Origin: an uncultured bacterium
GTDB lineage: Bacteria; Spirochaetota; UBA4802; JAGODF01
Length of the DNA stretch: 64,000 nucleotides
Assembly (NCBI GenBank): GCA_937921485.1
Contig: CAKZSV010000015.1
Coordinates: 9,879 to 73,878, forward strand
Reading direction: 5' to 3'
Shown: positions 1 to 8,336 of the stretch, piece after piece
How the letters are laid out: each line of letters starts with the position of its first letter
Numbering within the stretch: the first letter of the stretch is position 1
Notes under the pieces: model-generated
What the model saw: the letters and a program-made list of their open reading frames with translations, nothing else
Databases searched by the model: none
What the model was told of the DNA's origin: nothing
Program-made: the position numbers and the translations under genes

Positions 1-71
1 CATCAATAAATTTAGAATATACGAAAGCTACGGAGATTTGATTTGAACAAAGGAAGGTTATGCAGATTATG

Positions 72-144
72 AGCCAGCTGCCGGAATCGAACCGGCGACC
101 TGTTCATTACGAGTGAACCGCTCTACCGACTGAGCTAAGCTGGC
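72..144 (-). tRNA. tRNA-Thr (anticodon CGU)
   Basis: The reverse complement folds as a cloverleaf: acceptor GCCAGCU/AGCUGGC, D arm GCUC-AGUCGGUA-GAGC, anticodon arm GUUCA-CUCGUAA-UGAAC, T arm GCCGG-UUCGAUU-CCGGC. CCA is not encoded. Confidence 0.9.
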
Positions 145-286
145 TTTTATGATAATAAATTGTATTATGCCAGGCAAACTGATGCGCGTGATAAAATCAA
201 GAAAAATTTGCGCAAAAAAATATGCGTTATTATGCCATCACTGAAGAGCCGTCATTTTTCCGGTTTTTCAGCACCGGAAAATGATG

Positions 287-314
287 TTGACATATACCAT
301 CGGAAAAATACATT
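287..314 (+). promoter_or_regulatory. Candidate sigma70 promoter for etfBA (TTGACA, 16-nt spacer, TACATT)
   Basis: The hexamers were read directly from the sequence about 70 nt upstream of the etfB ATG. There is no experimental support. Confidence 0.3.
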
Positions 315-383
315 GACCTGCAAAAGCATACTCGTGGCTTAGTCGGTATCTTTTTAGAAAATCTTACTAAATGGAGTGAGGTC

Positions 384-1166
384 ATGAAGATAGTAGTATG
401 CGTCAAAGAGGTTCCAGACATGGAATCCAAATTCAAGATTGTCGATAACAAAATCGATGAATCGCAAATTGCATTTAAAATGAACGATTTTGATCAGTAT
501 GCGGTGGAAGCGGCACTCCAGCTTAAGGAAAAGCACGGCGGCGAAGTCATCATCGTATCCTCCGGCCCCGAACGCTCGCAGAAGCAGGTGCGCCAGGCTT
601 TCGCAATGGGCGCCGACTGGGGAATTCAGATTACCGATCCAGGCGTTGACGAAGGCGACAATTCGGTAGTTGCATCGGCACTCTGCGGAGCAATCAAGAG
701 CATCGGTGATGTCGATCTCGTGATGACCGGCGTGCAGGCTGAAGACGACCAGGCCGGCGTTACCTGCCCCATGATCGCCGACATGCTTGGCATGCCTCAC
801 TGCACCAACGTGGTGAAGCTCGAGAAAACCGGCGACAAAGAGCTTTCCCTCAACCGAGAACTTGAAGGCGGGCTTAACGAACAGCTTGCGATCGGACTTC
901 CCTGCGTGCTTTCGATTCAGTCCGGCATCAATCAGCCCCGCTATCCTACCCTTCCCGGCATTATGAAGGCAAAGAAGAAACGCCTCGATGTGAAGAAAGC
1001 TTCCGACCTTGGCGTATCGGCGGTCGGCGCTGACGGATCTAAAACCGTCTTCATCAAGAGGTTTTTCCCTGTTTCCGAACATAAGGCCGAGATTATCGAG
1101 GGCGATCCCAAGACCGCGGCCAAAAAGCTTGTTGAAAAGCTTAAAAACGAAGCGAAAGTACTGTAA
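384..1166 (+). CDS. etfB: Electron transfer flavoprotein, beta subunit
   Basis: The N-terminus MKIVVCVKEVPD and the overall length are typical of ETF-beta. The RBS GGAGTGAGG lies upstream, and etfA follows after 11 nt. Confidence 0.9.
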   Translation: MKIVVCVKEVPDMESKFKIVDNKIDESQIAFKMNDFDQYAVEAALQLKEKHGGEVIIVSSGPERSQKQVRQAFAMGADWGIQITDPGVDEGDNSVVASALCGAIKSIGDVDLVMTGVQAEDDQAGVTCPMIADMLGMPHCTNVVKLEKTGDKELSLNRELEGGLNEQLAIGLPCVLSIQSGINQPRYPTLPGIMKAKKKRLDVKKASDLGVSAVGADGSKTVFIKRFFPVSEHKAEIIEGDPKTAAKKLVEKLKNEAKVL

Positions 1167-1177
1167 GGGGGACTATC

Positions 1178-2131
1178 ATGGCCAGAATACTTGTAATAGC
1201 GGAACAGAGACAGGGCAAGCTCAGCGAATCAACCTTAGAGCTTTGCAAAGCAGCAAAAGCAATCGCCGAAGGTCTGGGAGCCGCTCCCGCCGCGGCGGCC
1301 TTCTATAAAGACGACAGCATCGCCAATGAAGTGGCGAAATACATTCCTGAAGTGATTTCGGTTGTCGATGCGAAACTCGAAAACTACAGCTCAGACGGTT
1401 TCGCGCAGGCAATCAAAGCCGTTGTCGACAGCCAGGACGTGAAAGGCGTGCTCATTGCCCACAGTTACGACGGCATCGACCTTGCGGCAAAAGTCGCGAT
1501 GGTTCTCGGCGCGGGCATCGTTTCAAACTGCAATAAAGTTGCCGTAAACGGCGGACAGCTCGTGTTTACCCGCAACACCTACAACGGCAAAATCCAGGAA
1601 GAGCGCAGCGTAAAGACCGACAAATTCGTCGCCACCTTTGAAAAAGGCGCGTTCGACAAAGAAGCACCCGGCGGTGCGGGCAAAGTAACCGCGGTGTCTG
1701 CATCAATCGGCGATATCCGCACGAAATTTAAAGGCTTTGTTGAAACTCAGGCCGGCTCGGTGGATATCACCCAGGCGAAGATCATCGTTTCCGGCGGCCG
1801 CGGAACCAAGGAAAAGGACAAGTACAACGATGTAATCGTTAATCTTGCCAAAAAGCTCGGCGGCGAGTACGCGGCTTCCCGTCCGGTGGTTGACGCCGGC
1901 TGGACAGATCCTGCCCGTCAGGTGGGACAATCGGGCAAAACCGTAACCCCCGCGCTGTATATTGCATGCGGAATTTCCGGCGCCATCCAGCACGTCGCCG
2001 GCATGAAGGGTTCGCAGTGCATCGTCGCCATCAACAAAGACCCCGAAGCGCCAATATTCAATATTGCCACCTACGGTATTGTCGGCGACCTCTTCGAAGT
2101 CATCCCCGCGATGATGGAAGCGCTCGGATAA
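1178..2131 (+). CDS. etfA: Electron transfer flavoprotein, alpha subunit
   Basis: 317 aa. The C-terminal FAD-binding region [19 protein letters not shown] is typical of ETF-alpha, and the gene is paired with etfB. Confidence 0.9.
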   Translation: MARILVIAEQRQGKLSESTLELCKAAKAIAEGLGAAPAAAAFYKDDSIANEVAKYIPEVISVVDAKLENYSSDGFAQAIKAVVDSQDVKGVLIAHSYDGIDLAAKVAMVLGAGIVSNCNKVAVNGGQLVFTRNTYNGKIQEERSVKTDKFVATFEKGAFDKEAPGGAGKVTAVSASIGDIRTKFKGFVETQAGSVDITQAKIIVSGGRGTKEKDKYNDVIVNLAKKLGGEYAASRPVVDAGWTDPARQVGQSGKTVTPALYIACGISGAIQHVAGMKGSQCIVAINKDPEAPIFNIATYGIVGDLFEVIPAMMEALG

Positions 2132-2153
2132 TTCCAAGCACCAATTGAAATGC

Positions 2154-2183
2154 AAAAAGGCAGGCTTTGGCCTGCCTTTTTTA
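2154..2183 (+). terminator. Intrinsic terminator after etfA
   Basis: Hairpin GGCAGGC-TTTG-GCCTGCC followed by TTTTTT, preceded by an A-run. Confidence 0.8.
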
Positions 2184-2364
2184 TTTATCATTTGAGCGCT
2201 GAGGGGTCAGAGCCTCAGAGCCATCAATATTATAATTCTTGAGAAATACGCAGGCGACCTATATATCGCTGATGCAAGCAGGCGTTATTGATTGTGCGGC
2301 AGGATCATCTCCAGCCATCCACCCGAATCCTGGCAGGAGAGAAACGATAGTGTTGCGTGTTTAT

Positions 2365-2391
2365 GGGGCAAGCGATTGCCCCGATTTTTTT
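2365..2391 (+). terminator. Intrinsic terminator of an unassigned short transcription unit
   Basis: Hairpin GGGGCAA-GCGA-TTGCCCC followed by GATTTTTTT. No convincing CDS lies upstream of it. Confidence 0.6.
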
Positions 2392-2404
2392 GCCACGCAT
2401 ATAA

Positions 2405-2517
2405 GGGAACTTCTAAAAACTGTTTTAAAGGATGTTCCCTTGTGGGCACAATATATAGGTAAAAACCGCTTTCTTTGATACTAATTTTAAGGATGAAAGC
2501 GGTTTTTAGAGGTGCCC
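2405..2517 (+). mobile_element. MITE copy A (~113 bp, imperfect TIRs, 4-bp TSD ATAA)
   Basis: The left end GGGAACTTCTAAAAAC and the reverse complement of the right end GGGCACCTCTAAAAAC match at 14/16 positions. The element is flanked by ATAA at 2401-2404 and 2518-2521. It differs from copy B at 2 positions. Confidence 0.75.
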
Positions 2518-2598
2518 ATAAATTGAAATTTTTAATTGCACAATTAACAAGGTGGATTTATTTCATAACCGATATTCAACCGATGCGGGGGTCTTGCA

Positions 2599-3915
2599 AT
2601 GAAGCATACGGGCGCGGTCATTATTAAAGCAGTATTTTCAATAATTATATTCAGCACCTCATTCTGCATGAGCAAAGAGATCGACACCACCCCCGCCGCA
2701 AAAGCAGGCGACGAACCAATCACCCGGGCTTTTGTTATATATATTGCCGAAAAGCTCGGGCTTTCGAATGCAACGAAAGAAAAGAAAACAGAGCTGGTAC
2801 AGAAAATCATCGAGAATATCGCCATCGCCAGCCGCGCCCGTGCAATCGGCCTGAATACCGGCAAAGAGTTTGCCCTGGAACGCGATGCGCTTGTCTTTCA
2901 ATCACGAATGGAGTATCTCTGCACGGCATTTAATTTTTCCGAAGATTGCGCCGAGAAATTATTCAGCCGGGTTGCCGAAACAATTGATTTGCGCGTGCCG
3001 GAGATCATCTGGGATAAAGTTTTCACAAAAAAGGATGCGGAGTTTATCCCCTATGGAGGCAAAATTCCTTCAATATCTTCCAAAAAAACAACAAACCGCA
3101 ATGAAGCGATCAACTTGCAGTATGCCAGCACAATAAATATTATCACGATATACGAAAATATCACACTTGCTGAATTGCTCATTTCGATACAGGATGAAGA
3201 TTTTCTAAAAATTTCAGACAGCGGTAACGATGAACGCACACATCTGTTTCACAAACTGATTATCAAACGCCATATCGGCAATTTTATCGCACGGCTTCCC
3301 CAGGCGCAAAAGACCCTGATTGGAGAAATCGAACGGCGCGCCGAACAAAACCTCCTTGTGGAACTCTATCGGGAACATATCGGCTTTGAAAGAATTTCCG
3401 GAGGCAAGTCCTCCCGTGTTCGCTATCCCGTCTCGGAAGAAGAAATCAGGGGCTTTTATGAGAAAAATCCGGGCATGTTCGAGGAACCGGAATGGGTGGA
3501 AATATCACACATCCGCCTGCGCGATTACCAGAAGGCGGTGGAACTCAAGAAAAAAATCGATGATGCGCCGGACTCTTTCTGTACCATCGCGCGAGAATTC
3601 TCAACCGCCGATGACGCGGCACAATGCGGATACGTGGGAATCGTGAAACGCGCAAAAAAGCTTCCACTTTTCAAGGAATTCGCGTTCACGATGAGCCGCG
3701 AAGGGGAAATCAGCCGTCCCTTTCTGGCAGGCGGCTTTGCAGAAATCGTGAAGCTGCATAAACGCAAAACGCGCACCCTTCCGCTAAACGATCCCCATGT
3801 GCGGAGACTTGTCATCGAGGCACTTCAGCCGATTAAGCGGGAAGAAAAATTGCGAGAAACAATCGAGGATGAGAAAAGGAAAATGCACATTGAGATATTT
3901 TACAATACGCTATAG
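2599..3915 (+). CDS. SurA/PrsA-like peptidyl-prolyl isomerase (parvulin/PpiC-type domain)
   Basis: Hydrophobic signal-like N-terminus. The C-terminal third has parvulin-like motifs (EISHIRL, GYVGIVKR, FAFTM, ISRPF). Confidence 0.75.
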   Translation: MKHTGAVIIKAVFSIIIFSTSFCMSKEIDTTPAAKAGDEPITRAFVIYIAEKLGLSNATKEKKTELVQKIIENIAIASRARAIGLNTGKEFALERDALVFQSRMEYLCTAFNFSEDCAEKLFSRVAETIDLRVPEIIWDKVFTKKDAEFIPYGGKIPSISSKKTTNRNEAINLQYASTINIITIYENITLAELLISIQDEDFLKISDSGNDERTHLFHKLIIKRHIGNFIARLPQAQKTLIGEIERRAEQNLLVELYREHIGFERISGGKSSRVRYPVSEEEIRGFYEKNPGMFEEPEWVEISHIRLRDYQKAVELKKKIDDAPDSFCTIAREFSTADDAAQCGYVGIVKRAKKLPLFKEFAFTMSREGEISRPFLAGGFAEIVKLHKRKTRTLPLNDPHVRRLVIEALQPIKREEKLRETIEDEKRKMHIEIFYNTL

Positions 3916-3935
3916 ACGGCTATGCAATGCCCTTT

Positions 3936-4856
3936 TCAAAACTCGCCCAGCACCTTCACTTCCGGCTCCAGATGCACGCCGAATCTCTTTTCCACCTGTT
4001 CCTGCACATGTCGTATGAGCCGATATATGTCCGATGAGGTGGCAAAACCCGTATTGATGATAAAATTCGTATGTTTTTCCGAGACCATCGCGCCGCCGAT
4101 GGTATATCCCCGAAGTCCCGCGTCGTTAATGAGCTTCCAGGACGCATGCCCTTCGGGATTTTTAAACACAGAGCCGGCCGAAGGATACTCCAGCGGGTGC
4201 TTATGTTCACGGTCGAGTATGATGTCATCAACGCGTTTTCGCGCCTCTTCGGGATTCTCCGCCTTCTGTAATCGGAAATACCCGCCAAGGATTATGTTGC
4301 CGCGCTCAAATTTCAATCCACGATACGATATCATATCACCGGAAATGTTTTTTTCCCGCACCAGCCCATCCTTTGTGATGATGCGCACGCGGGTGAGGAT
4401 ATCCGAAAACCAGCCCATGCTGGTGCCGGCATTCATCACGATCCCGCCGCCGATGCATCCCGGAAGCCCGGCCAAAAATTCCATGCCCGAAAAACCGCGG
4501 CGGAGGGCGAATTCAAGAAACGCCTTTTTATCGACGCGCGCATCCGCGTAGAGCAGGTTATCATCGCTATCTGCTATTCGAATACCGCTCTCGCCTTCTC
4601 CGCATAAAGCAACAACGATGCCCCGAATACCCTTATCAGATACCAGAAGATTGGATCCGCCGCCAATTACAAGCACAGAAATGCCCTCTTTTGCCGAAGC
4701 TTCACACACCTCGCCAAGACAGGCGGGATCTTTCGGAACGAAAAAGCAATCCGCCGGACCGCCGGTTTTATACGTGGTATGATTCGCCATGGGTTCATCG
4801 AGCAAGACGGAGCCGTAGCGATGAAGCAGGTATAACAGCCTTTTATTCATTTCCAT
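3936..4856 (-). CDS. murB: UDP-N-acetylenolpyruvoylglucosamine reductase
   Basis: Motifs NHTTYKTGGPA, IGGGSNLL and SAGSVFKNP are present, and the 306-aa length is typical of MurB. Confidence 0.9.
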   Translation of the reverse strand: MEMNKRLLYLLHRYGSVLLDEPMANHTTYKTGGPADCFFVPKDPACLGEVCEASAKEGISVLVIGGGSNLLVSDKGIRGIVVALCGEGESGIRIADSDDNLLYADARVDKKAFLEFALRRGFSGMEFLAGLPGCIGGGIVMNAGTSMGWFSDILTRVRIITKDGLVREKNISGDMISYRGLKFERGNIILGGYFRLQKAENPEEARKRVDDIILDREHKHPLEYPSAGSVFKNPEGHASWKLINDAGLRGYTIGGAMVSEKHTNFIINTGFATSSDIYRLIRHVQEQVEKRFGVHLEPEVKVLGEF

Positions 4857-5715
4857 TTCTTTCTTTTAGTAAATATTTTTCAATCAATTCTGCAACAATT
4901 GAAGCTGCCATATTGTTCAAATGAAGAAGATCGGTGAGCATCGCAAAACCGTTTCCGCGTGATATCTCATCAAAGCTTTTGCCAAGCAAAAACCGCTTTA
5001 CCAATGCGATGTACATTGCCGTCTCTGTTCCATCGGTATAATGAATCTTGCTCGAACTCTTCTTCAACTTTATATAATCTAGCATTGTTTCAAGCAGGGG
5101 GATATACACGCAATCATTATCCCGGGCAACTTCATGAATGATCTGCGAAAACCGCCAGCACAATTTCACCGGCGCACTATCCACATCTTCACCTATCGGC
5201 GGAATAGAAAGAAGCCCTATTTTTGCGGATGTTTTTTCTTTTAATTTTTTACAAAGCAAATCCAGGTTCTCCTTGAACCACCGTTCATCCGGCCTTTGCG
5301 GAAGCTTCATATGTTTCATCTGCCGTTTGCAGACTTTTTCGGATAGTATGCAGTTGGCATCGTTGGTGCCGATCATAATGCTCACATAATCCGGATTGCA
5401 CTTAATAATATCTTCCGCCCGCTGGAGCAGATTCCACGAAAGCTCACTGTTTACACCGGCATTCACCAATACAAATCTTTGAGTTCCCAAACGCTTTTCT
5501 AATACATCAACATAATTCGCACTCACCCGCCCGTGCGTGATGCTGTCGCCGGCACAGACGACTACTTTTTTTTCGTGAGCAATGCCGGATCTAATGAATT
5601 TCGAAGGCGCATTGCGCGGCGGCATCATGGCGCTGATATATCCATACAGATATATCAGCACAATCGTTCCAATGATGCTCGCAAAAGCTATTACTGTATA
5701 AGCAAGAGAAATCAT
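4843..5715 (-). CDS. SGNH/GDSL-family hydrolase with N-terminal membrane anchor
   Basis: Block I GDSITHG, block II NAGVNS, block III GTNDAN and block V DLLHLN are present. One N-terminal TM helix. The 3' end overlaps the murB start by 14 nt. Confidence 0.8.
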   Translation of the reverse strand: MISLAYTVIAFASIIGTIVLIYLYGYISAMMPPRNAPSKFIRSGIAHEKKVVVCAGDSITHGRVSANYVDVLEKRLGTQRFVLVNAGVNSELSWNLLQRAEDIIKCNPDYVSIMIGTNDANCILSEKVCKRQMKHMKLPQRPDERWFKENLDLLCKKLKEKTSAKIGLLSIPPIGEDVDSAPVKLCWRFSQIIHEVARDNDCVYIPLLETMLDYIKLKKSSSKIHYTDGTETAMYIALVKRFLLGKSFDEISRGNGFAMLTDLLHLNNMAASIVAELIEKYLLKERNGNE

Positions 5716-5832
5716 ATATTTCGGGTTTCACGCAAAATCGATATACCGGTGTATTTCAATAAAGGAGACGCGCACATGCAACAACAATTTGTTTTCCTTT
5801 TCACAAAGCAAGTGAAATATTTCGAACAATAA

Positions 5833-6846
5833 TCAATAGAAGCTGTCGAAGTAGCGAAATCGCCGATGTATTATTTCATTATTTTGCGGTGAATAATTTA
5901 AAATTTCTTTTCCATTCTTTTTGAGCACAACTCTGTACGGCTGATGCAATTTCTGCGTGAGATGATACACCATCGCAGACTCCGCGAAATCCTCCGCCCA
6001 GCTCTGCGAGGCATACAGCGTGGCGAAAGGCGATTGCGATACACCACCATACAATTCTTTTGCTTTTGAAAGCGGAATTTTCGGACCATTCGATAGCCCA
6101 TAGAATGTGATATCCTTGCGCAAGGGAAAATCCGCTGATTTTTCGGGTTTTGCGTACTCAAGCCAGATGCCCCGGTTAAATCGCCTTTCAGCTATGGAAA
6201 ACTTTGCAATCGCTTTAAGCGGCGGTTCCACATACGGTGTGTGATGCTCAACATAATCGACGATATGCGCGCTTTCGTGAAGCAAAAAATACATCAGCGC
6301 GCTGTATGCGGTGCCGGCATCCACAGCCACATCCAGTTCTTCTGTATCGATAATAAAACAGCTTTGCTCGCGATAGGTGAGCCACTGCGAAATTGTTTTT
6401 TTCATCACGTCAGGATTGATAATCATAATGGCATACATTTCGCCAGTATCATCCATTACCCAGTCGGTGAGCCCCGCCCCCATGAAAGGGCTGACAGCGT
6501 ATATTCCAATCAGGCGTTCGCGCATCACCTTTTTGTATCGCGGCGGAAGAAGCTCGATATAGCGCTGAAGCTCCTTTTTTTCAGCAGGCGATAACTCATA
6601 ATTGCGGTAATCGCTGCGGCCGTCTAATTTCTTGATTTCTTCAAGCAAAAAAGCGGGGATGGGCTTTACGCGTTCAATGAGGCTCGCGGACACATTGAAT
6701 GCATACGAGGAAAGCCGGTGCGCGGGATGTGTTCGAAGCGTTTCGAAATCGTGCTCGGAAGCGGGGATGGATGCGCAAAAAAACGAAACACCGATGAAAA
6801 GGCTTATTGCAAATGCTTTCTGTATCATATATATCCGCGTCCGCAT
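5833..6846 (-). CDS. Secreted hypothetical protein with an HEXXH motif (putative zinc metallopeptidase)
   Basis: Signal-peptide-like N-terminus (MRTRIYMIQKAFAISLFIGVSFFCASIPA) and a single HEXXH (LLHESAHIV). The start was trimmed from the TTG at 6864 to the ATG at 6846. The family is not recognised. Confidence 0.55.
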   Translation of the reverse strand: MRTRIYMIQKAFAISLFIGVSFFCASIPASEHDFETLRTHPAHRLSSYAFNVSASLIERVKPIPAFLLEEIKKLDGRSDYRNYELSPAEKKELQRYIELLPPRYKKVMRERLIGIYAVSPFMGAGLTDWVMDDTGEMYAIMIINPDVMKKTISQWLTYREQSCFIIDTEELDVAVDAGTAYSALMYFLLHESAHIVDYVEHHTPYVEPPLKAIAKFSIAERRFNRGIWLEYAKPEKSADFPLRKDITFYGLSNGPKIPLSKAKELYGGVSQSPFATLYASQSWAEDFAESAMVYHLTQKLHQPYRVVLKKNGKEILNYSPQNNEIIHRRFRYFDSFY

Positions 6847-6974
6847 AGAACAACCATCGCACAAAAATCAGAATCGAGGCACATGCACTATTCAGTATAT
6901 AAAGGAATATAGTCACAATCGCGTCAATTACAATTAAGGTATTCAATTACACAGTAAATTTTTTTCAAAAATCA

Positions 6975-7087
6975 GGGAACTTCTAAAAACTGTTTTAAAG
7001 GATGTTCCCTTGTGGGCACAATAAATAGGTAAAAACCGCTTTCTTTGATGCTAATTTTAAGGATGAAAGCGGTTTTTAGAGGTGCCC
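6975..7087 (+). mobile_element. MITE copy B (~113 bp, TSD ATCA)
   Basis: Same element as copy A with 2 mismatches, flanked by ATCA at 6971-6974 and 7088-7091. Confidence 0.75.
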
Positions 7088-7130
7088 ATCATTTGAAAAT
7101 CAGTATGCTGTGATGTAAACGAATAAATAC

Positions 7131-7159
7131 TTGACATTTTCGAATTCATTCACTAAATT
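7131..7159 (+). promoter_or_regulatory. Candidate sigma70 promoter (TTGACA, 17-nt spacer, TAAATT) for the DUF4143-type ATPase
   Basis: The hexamers were read directly from the sequence, about 50 nt upstream of the start codon. Confidence 0.35.
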
Positions 7160-7210
7160 ATTATTAAATTTGGTGAACAGAATCACAATTTTACATTATT
7201 TTCGGGAATT

Positions 7211-8332
7211 ATGGTAATTAAGCGTAGACTACAGGATATTATTGAACAATTCATGTTTAAAAATAAAATAATTGTCATTTATGGTGCGCGTCAGGTTGGC
7301 AAAACGACGCTCCTTAAGGCAATAATGTCAAAACACAAAAACAATTGCCTGTATCTTAACTGCGATGAACCGGATATACGGCTGGCACTTTCAAATAAAA
7401 CGACTACGGAACTTCGGCAATTAATCGGCAAGAAACAGCTTGTATGTATTGATGAAGCACAAATGGTTCGCAATATTGCTTTGACATTAAAACTCCTTGC
7501 GGACAATTTCCATGATATCCAGGTGATTGCGACCGGCTCATCGTCTTTTGAACTTTCAGGCTCAATCGCTCAGCCCCTGACTGGTCGAAAACTTGAATTT
7601 AATTTATACCCTTTTTCTATCGGCGAACTTCGCTCGATATATTCCGATATCGAAATCGACCGCCTTGTTAATCACTGGCTGATACTGGGGTTATATCCAG
7701 AAATAGTTCTTTCAAACGAAAACCAAAAACTTCTTCTGAAAAGTCTTGCTTACAGTTATTCTTATAAAGACGTATTGCAATATCAGGGCATAAAAAATCC
7801 CGAAATCTTAGAAAAATTGCTGCAGGCTCTTGCCCTTCAAATAGGAAACGAAGTCTCATACAATGAACTGTCTTCACTTCTTGGAATAGATAAAAATACT
7901 GTAGCAAATTATATACGGATACTGGAACAGGCTTTTATCATTTTCCGGCTTTCACCTTTAAACAGGAATCTTAGAAATGAAATAAAAAAAATGAAAAAAA
8001 TTTATTTCTGGGACGTTGGCATACGAAACGCTCTGATAAATAACTTTAATCCTACAGATATCAGGTCAGATAGGGGCAATCTATGGGAAAATTTCTTTAT
8101 TGCAGAAAGATTAAAATTTTTAGCTTACACACTGCAAACAAAACAGGTGTATTTCTGGCGCACCCAGCAGAAACAGGAAATAGACTATATAGAAGAAGAG
8201 CATGGCGCTTTCGAAGCCTTTGAAATCAAATGGAACAAGAGCAAAACACGCATGCCAGCACTATTCTCTCAAAATTACAACACCCCGAATTTACATCTGA
8301 TTACAAAAAACAACTTCAAAGATTACCTGTAG
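7211..8332 (+). CDS. AAA+ ATPase with C-terminal DUF4143-like domain (COG1373-type)
   Basis: Walker A GARQVGKTT and Walker B CIDEAQ. The length and C-terminal region are typical of the AAA_14/DUF4143 family. A paralog lies at 18871-20040. Confidence 0.8.
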   Translation: MVIKRRLQDIIEQFMFKNKIIVIYGARQVGKTTLLKAIMSKHKNNCLYLNCDEPDIRLALSNKTTTELRQLIGKKQLVCIDEAQMVRNIALTLKLLADNFHDIQVIATGSSSFELSGSIAQPLTGRKLEFNLYPFSIGELRSIYSDIEIDRLVNHWLILGLYPEIVLSNENQKLLLKSLAYSYSYKDVLQYQGIKNPEILEKLLQALALQIGNEVSYNELSSLLGIDKNTVANYIRILEQAFIIFRLSPLNRNLRNEIKKMKKIYFWDVGIRNALINNFNPTDIRSDRGNLWENFFIAERLKFLAYTLQTKQVYFWRTQQKQEIDYIEEEHGAFEAFEIKWNKSKTRMPALFSQNYNTPNLHLITKNNFKDYL

Positions 8333-8336
8333 CTTT

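Noticed and set aside
2320-2391. GGAGAG...GGGGCAA resemblance to a glycine riboswitch, and a search for a glycine riboswitch upstream of gcvT.
   Set aside because: The similarity is limited to two short words, and GGGGCAA is simply the terminator stem. The location is unrelated to glycine genes. Upstream of gcvT there is only a 2-nt gap, so no riboswitch can be present there.
2239-2478. 79-aa ORF upstream of the PPIase gene.
   Set aside because: It reads through a strong intrinsic terminator (2365-2391), and its last third is encoded by the MITE. It is not a plausible gene.
2405-7087. MITE copies A and B as the ends of a composite transposon carrying the PPIase, murB, SGNH hydrolase and HEXXH genes.
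   Set aside because: The copies are in direct orientation and each has its own perfect, different TSD. They are therefore independent insertions. The enclosed genes are core housekeeping genes such as murB.
7205-7265. An apparent 1-nt offset between my manual reading of the ATPase start (ATG at 7210, with an extra A in an A-run near 7258-7263) and the ORF track (7211).
   Set aside because: This is most likely my miscounting of homopolymer runs, not a frameshift or pseudogene. The ORF-track translation is continuous and family-typical, so I used the track coordinates.
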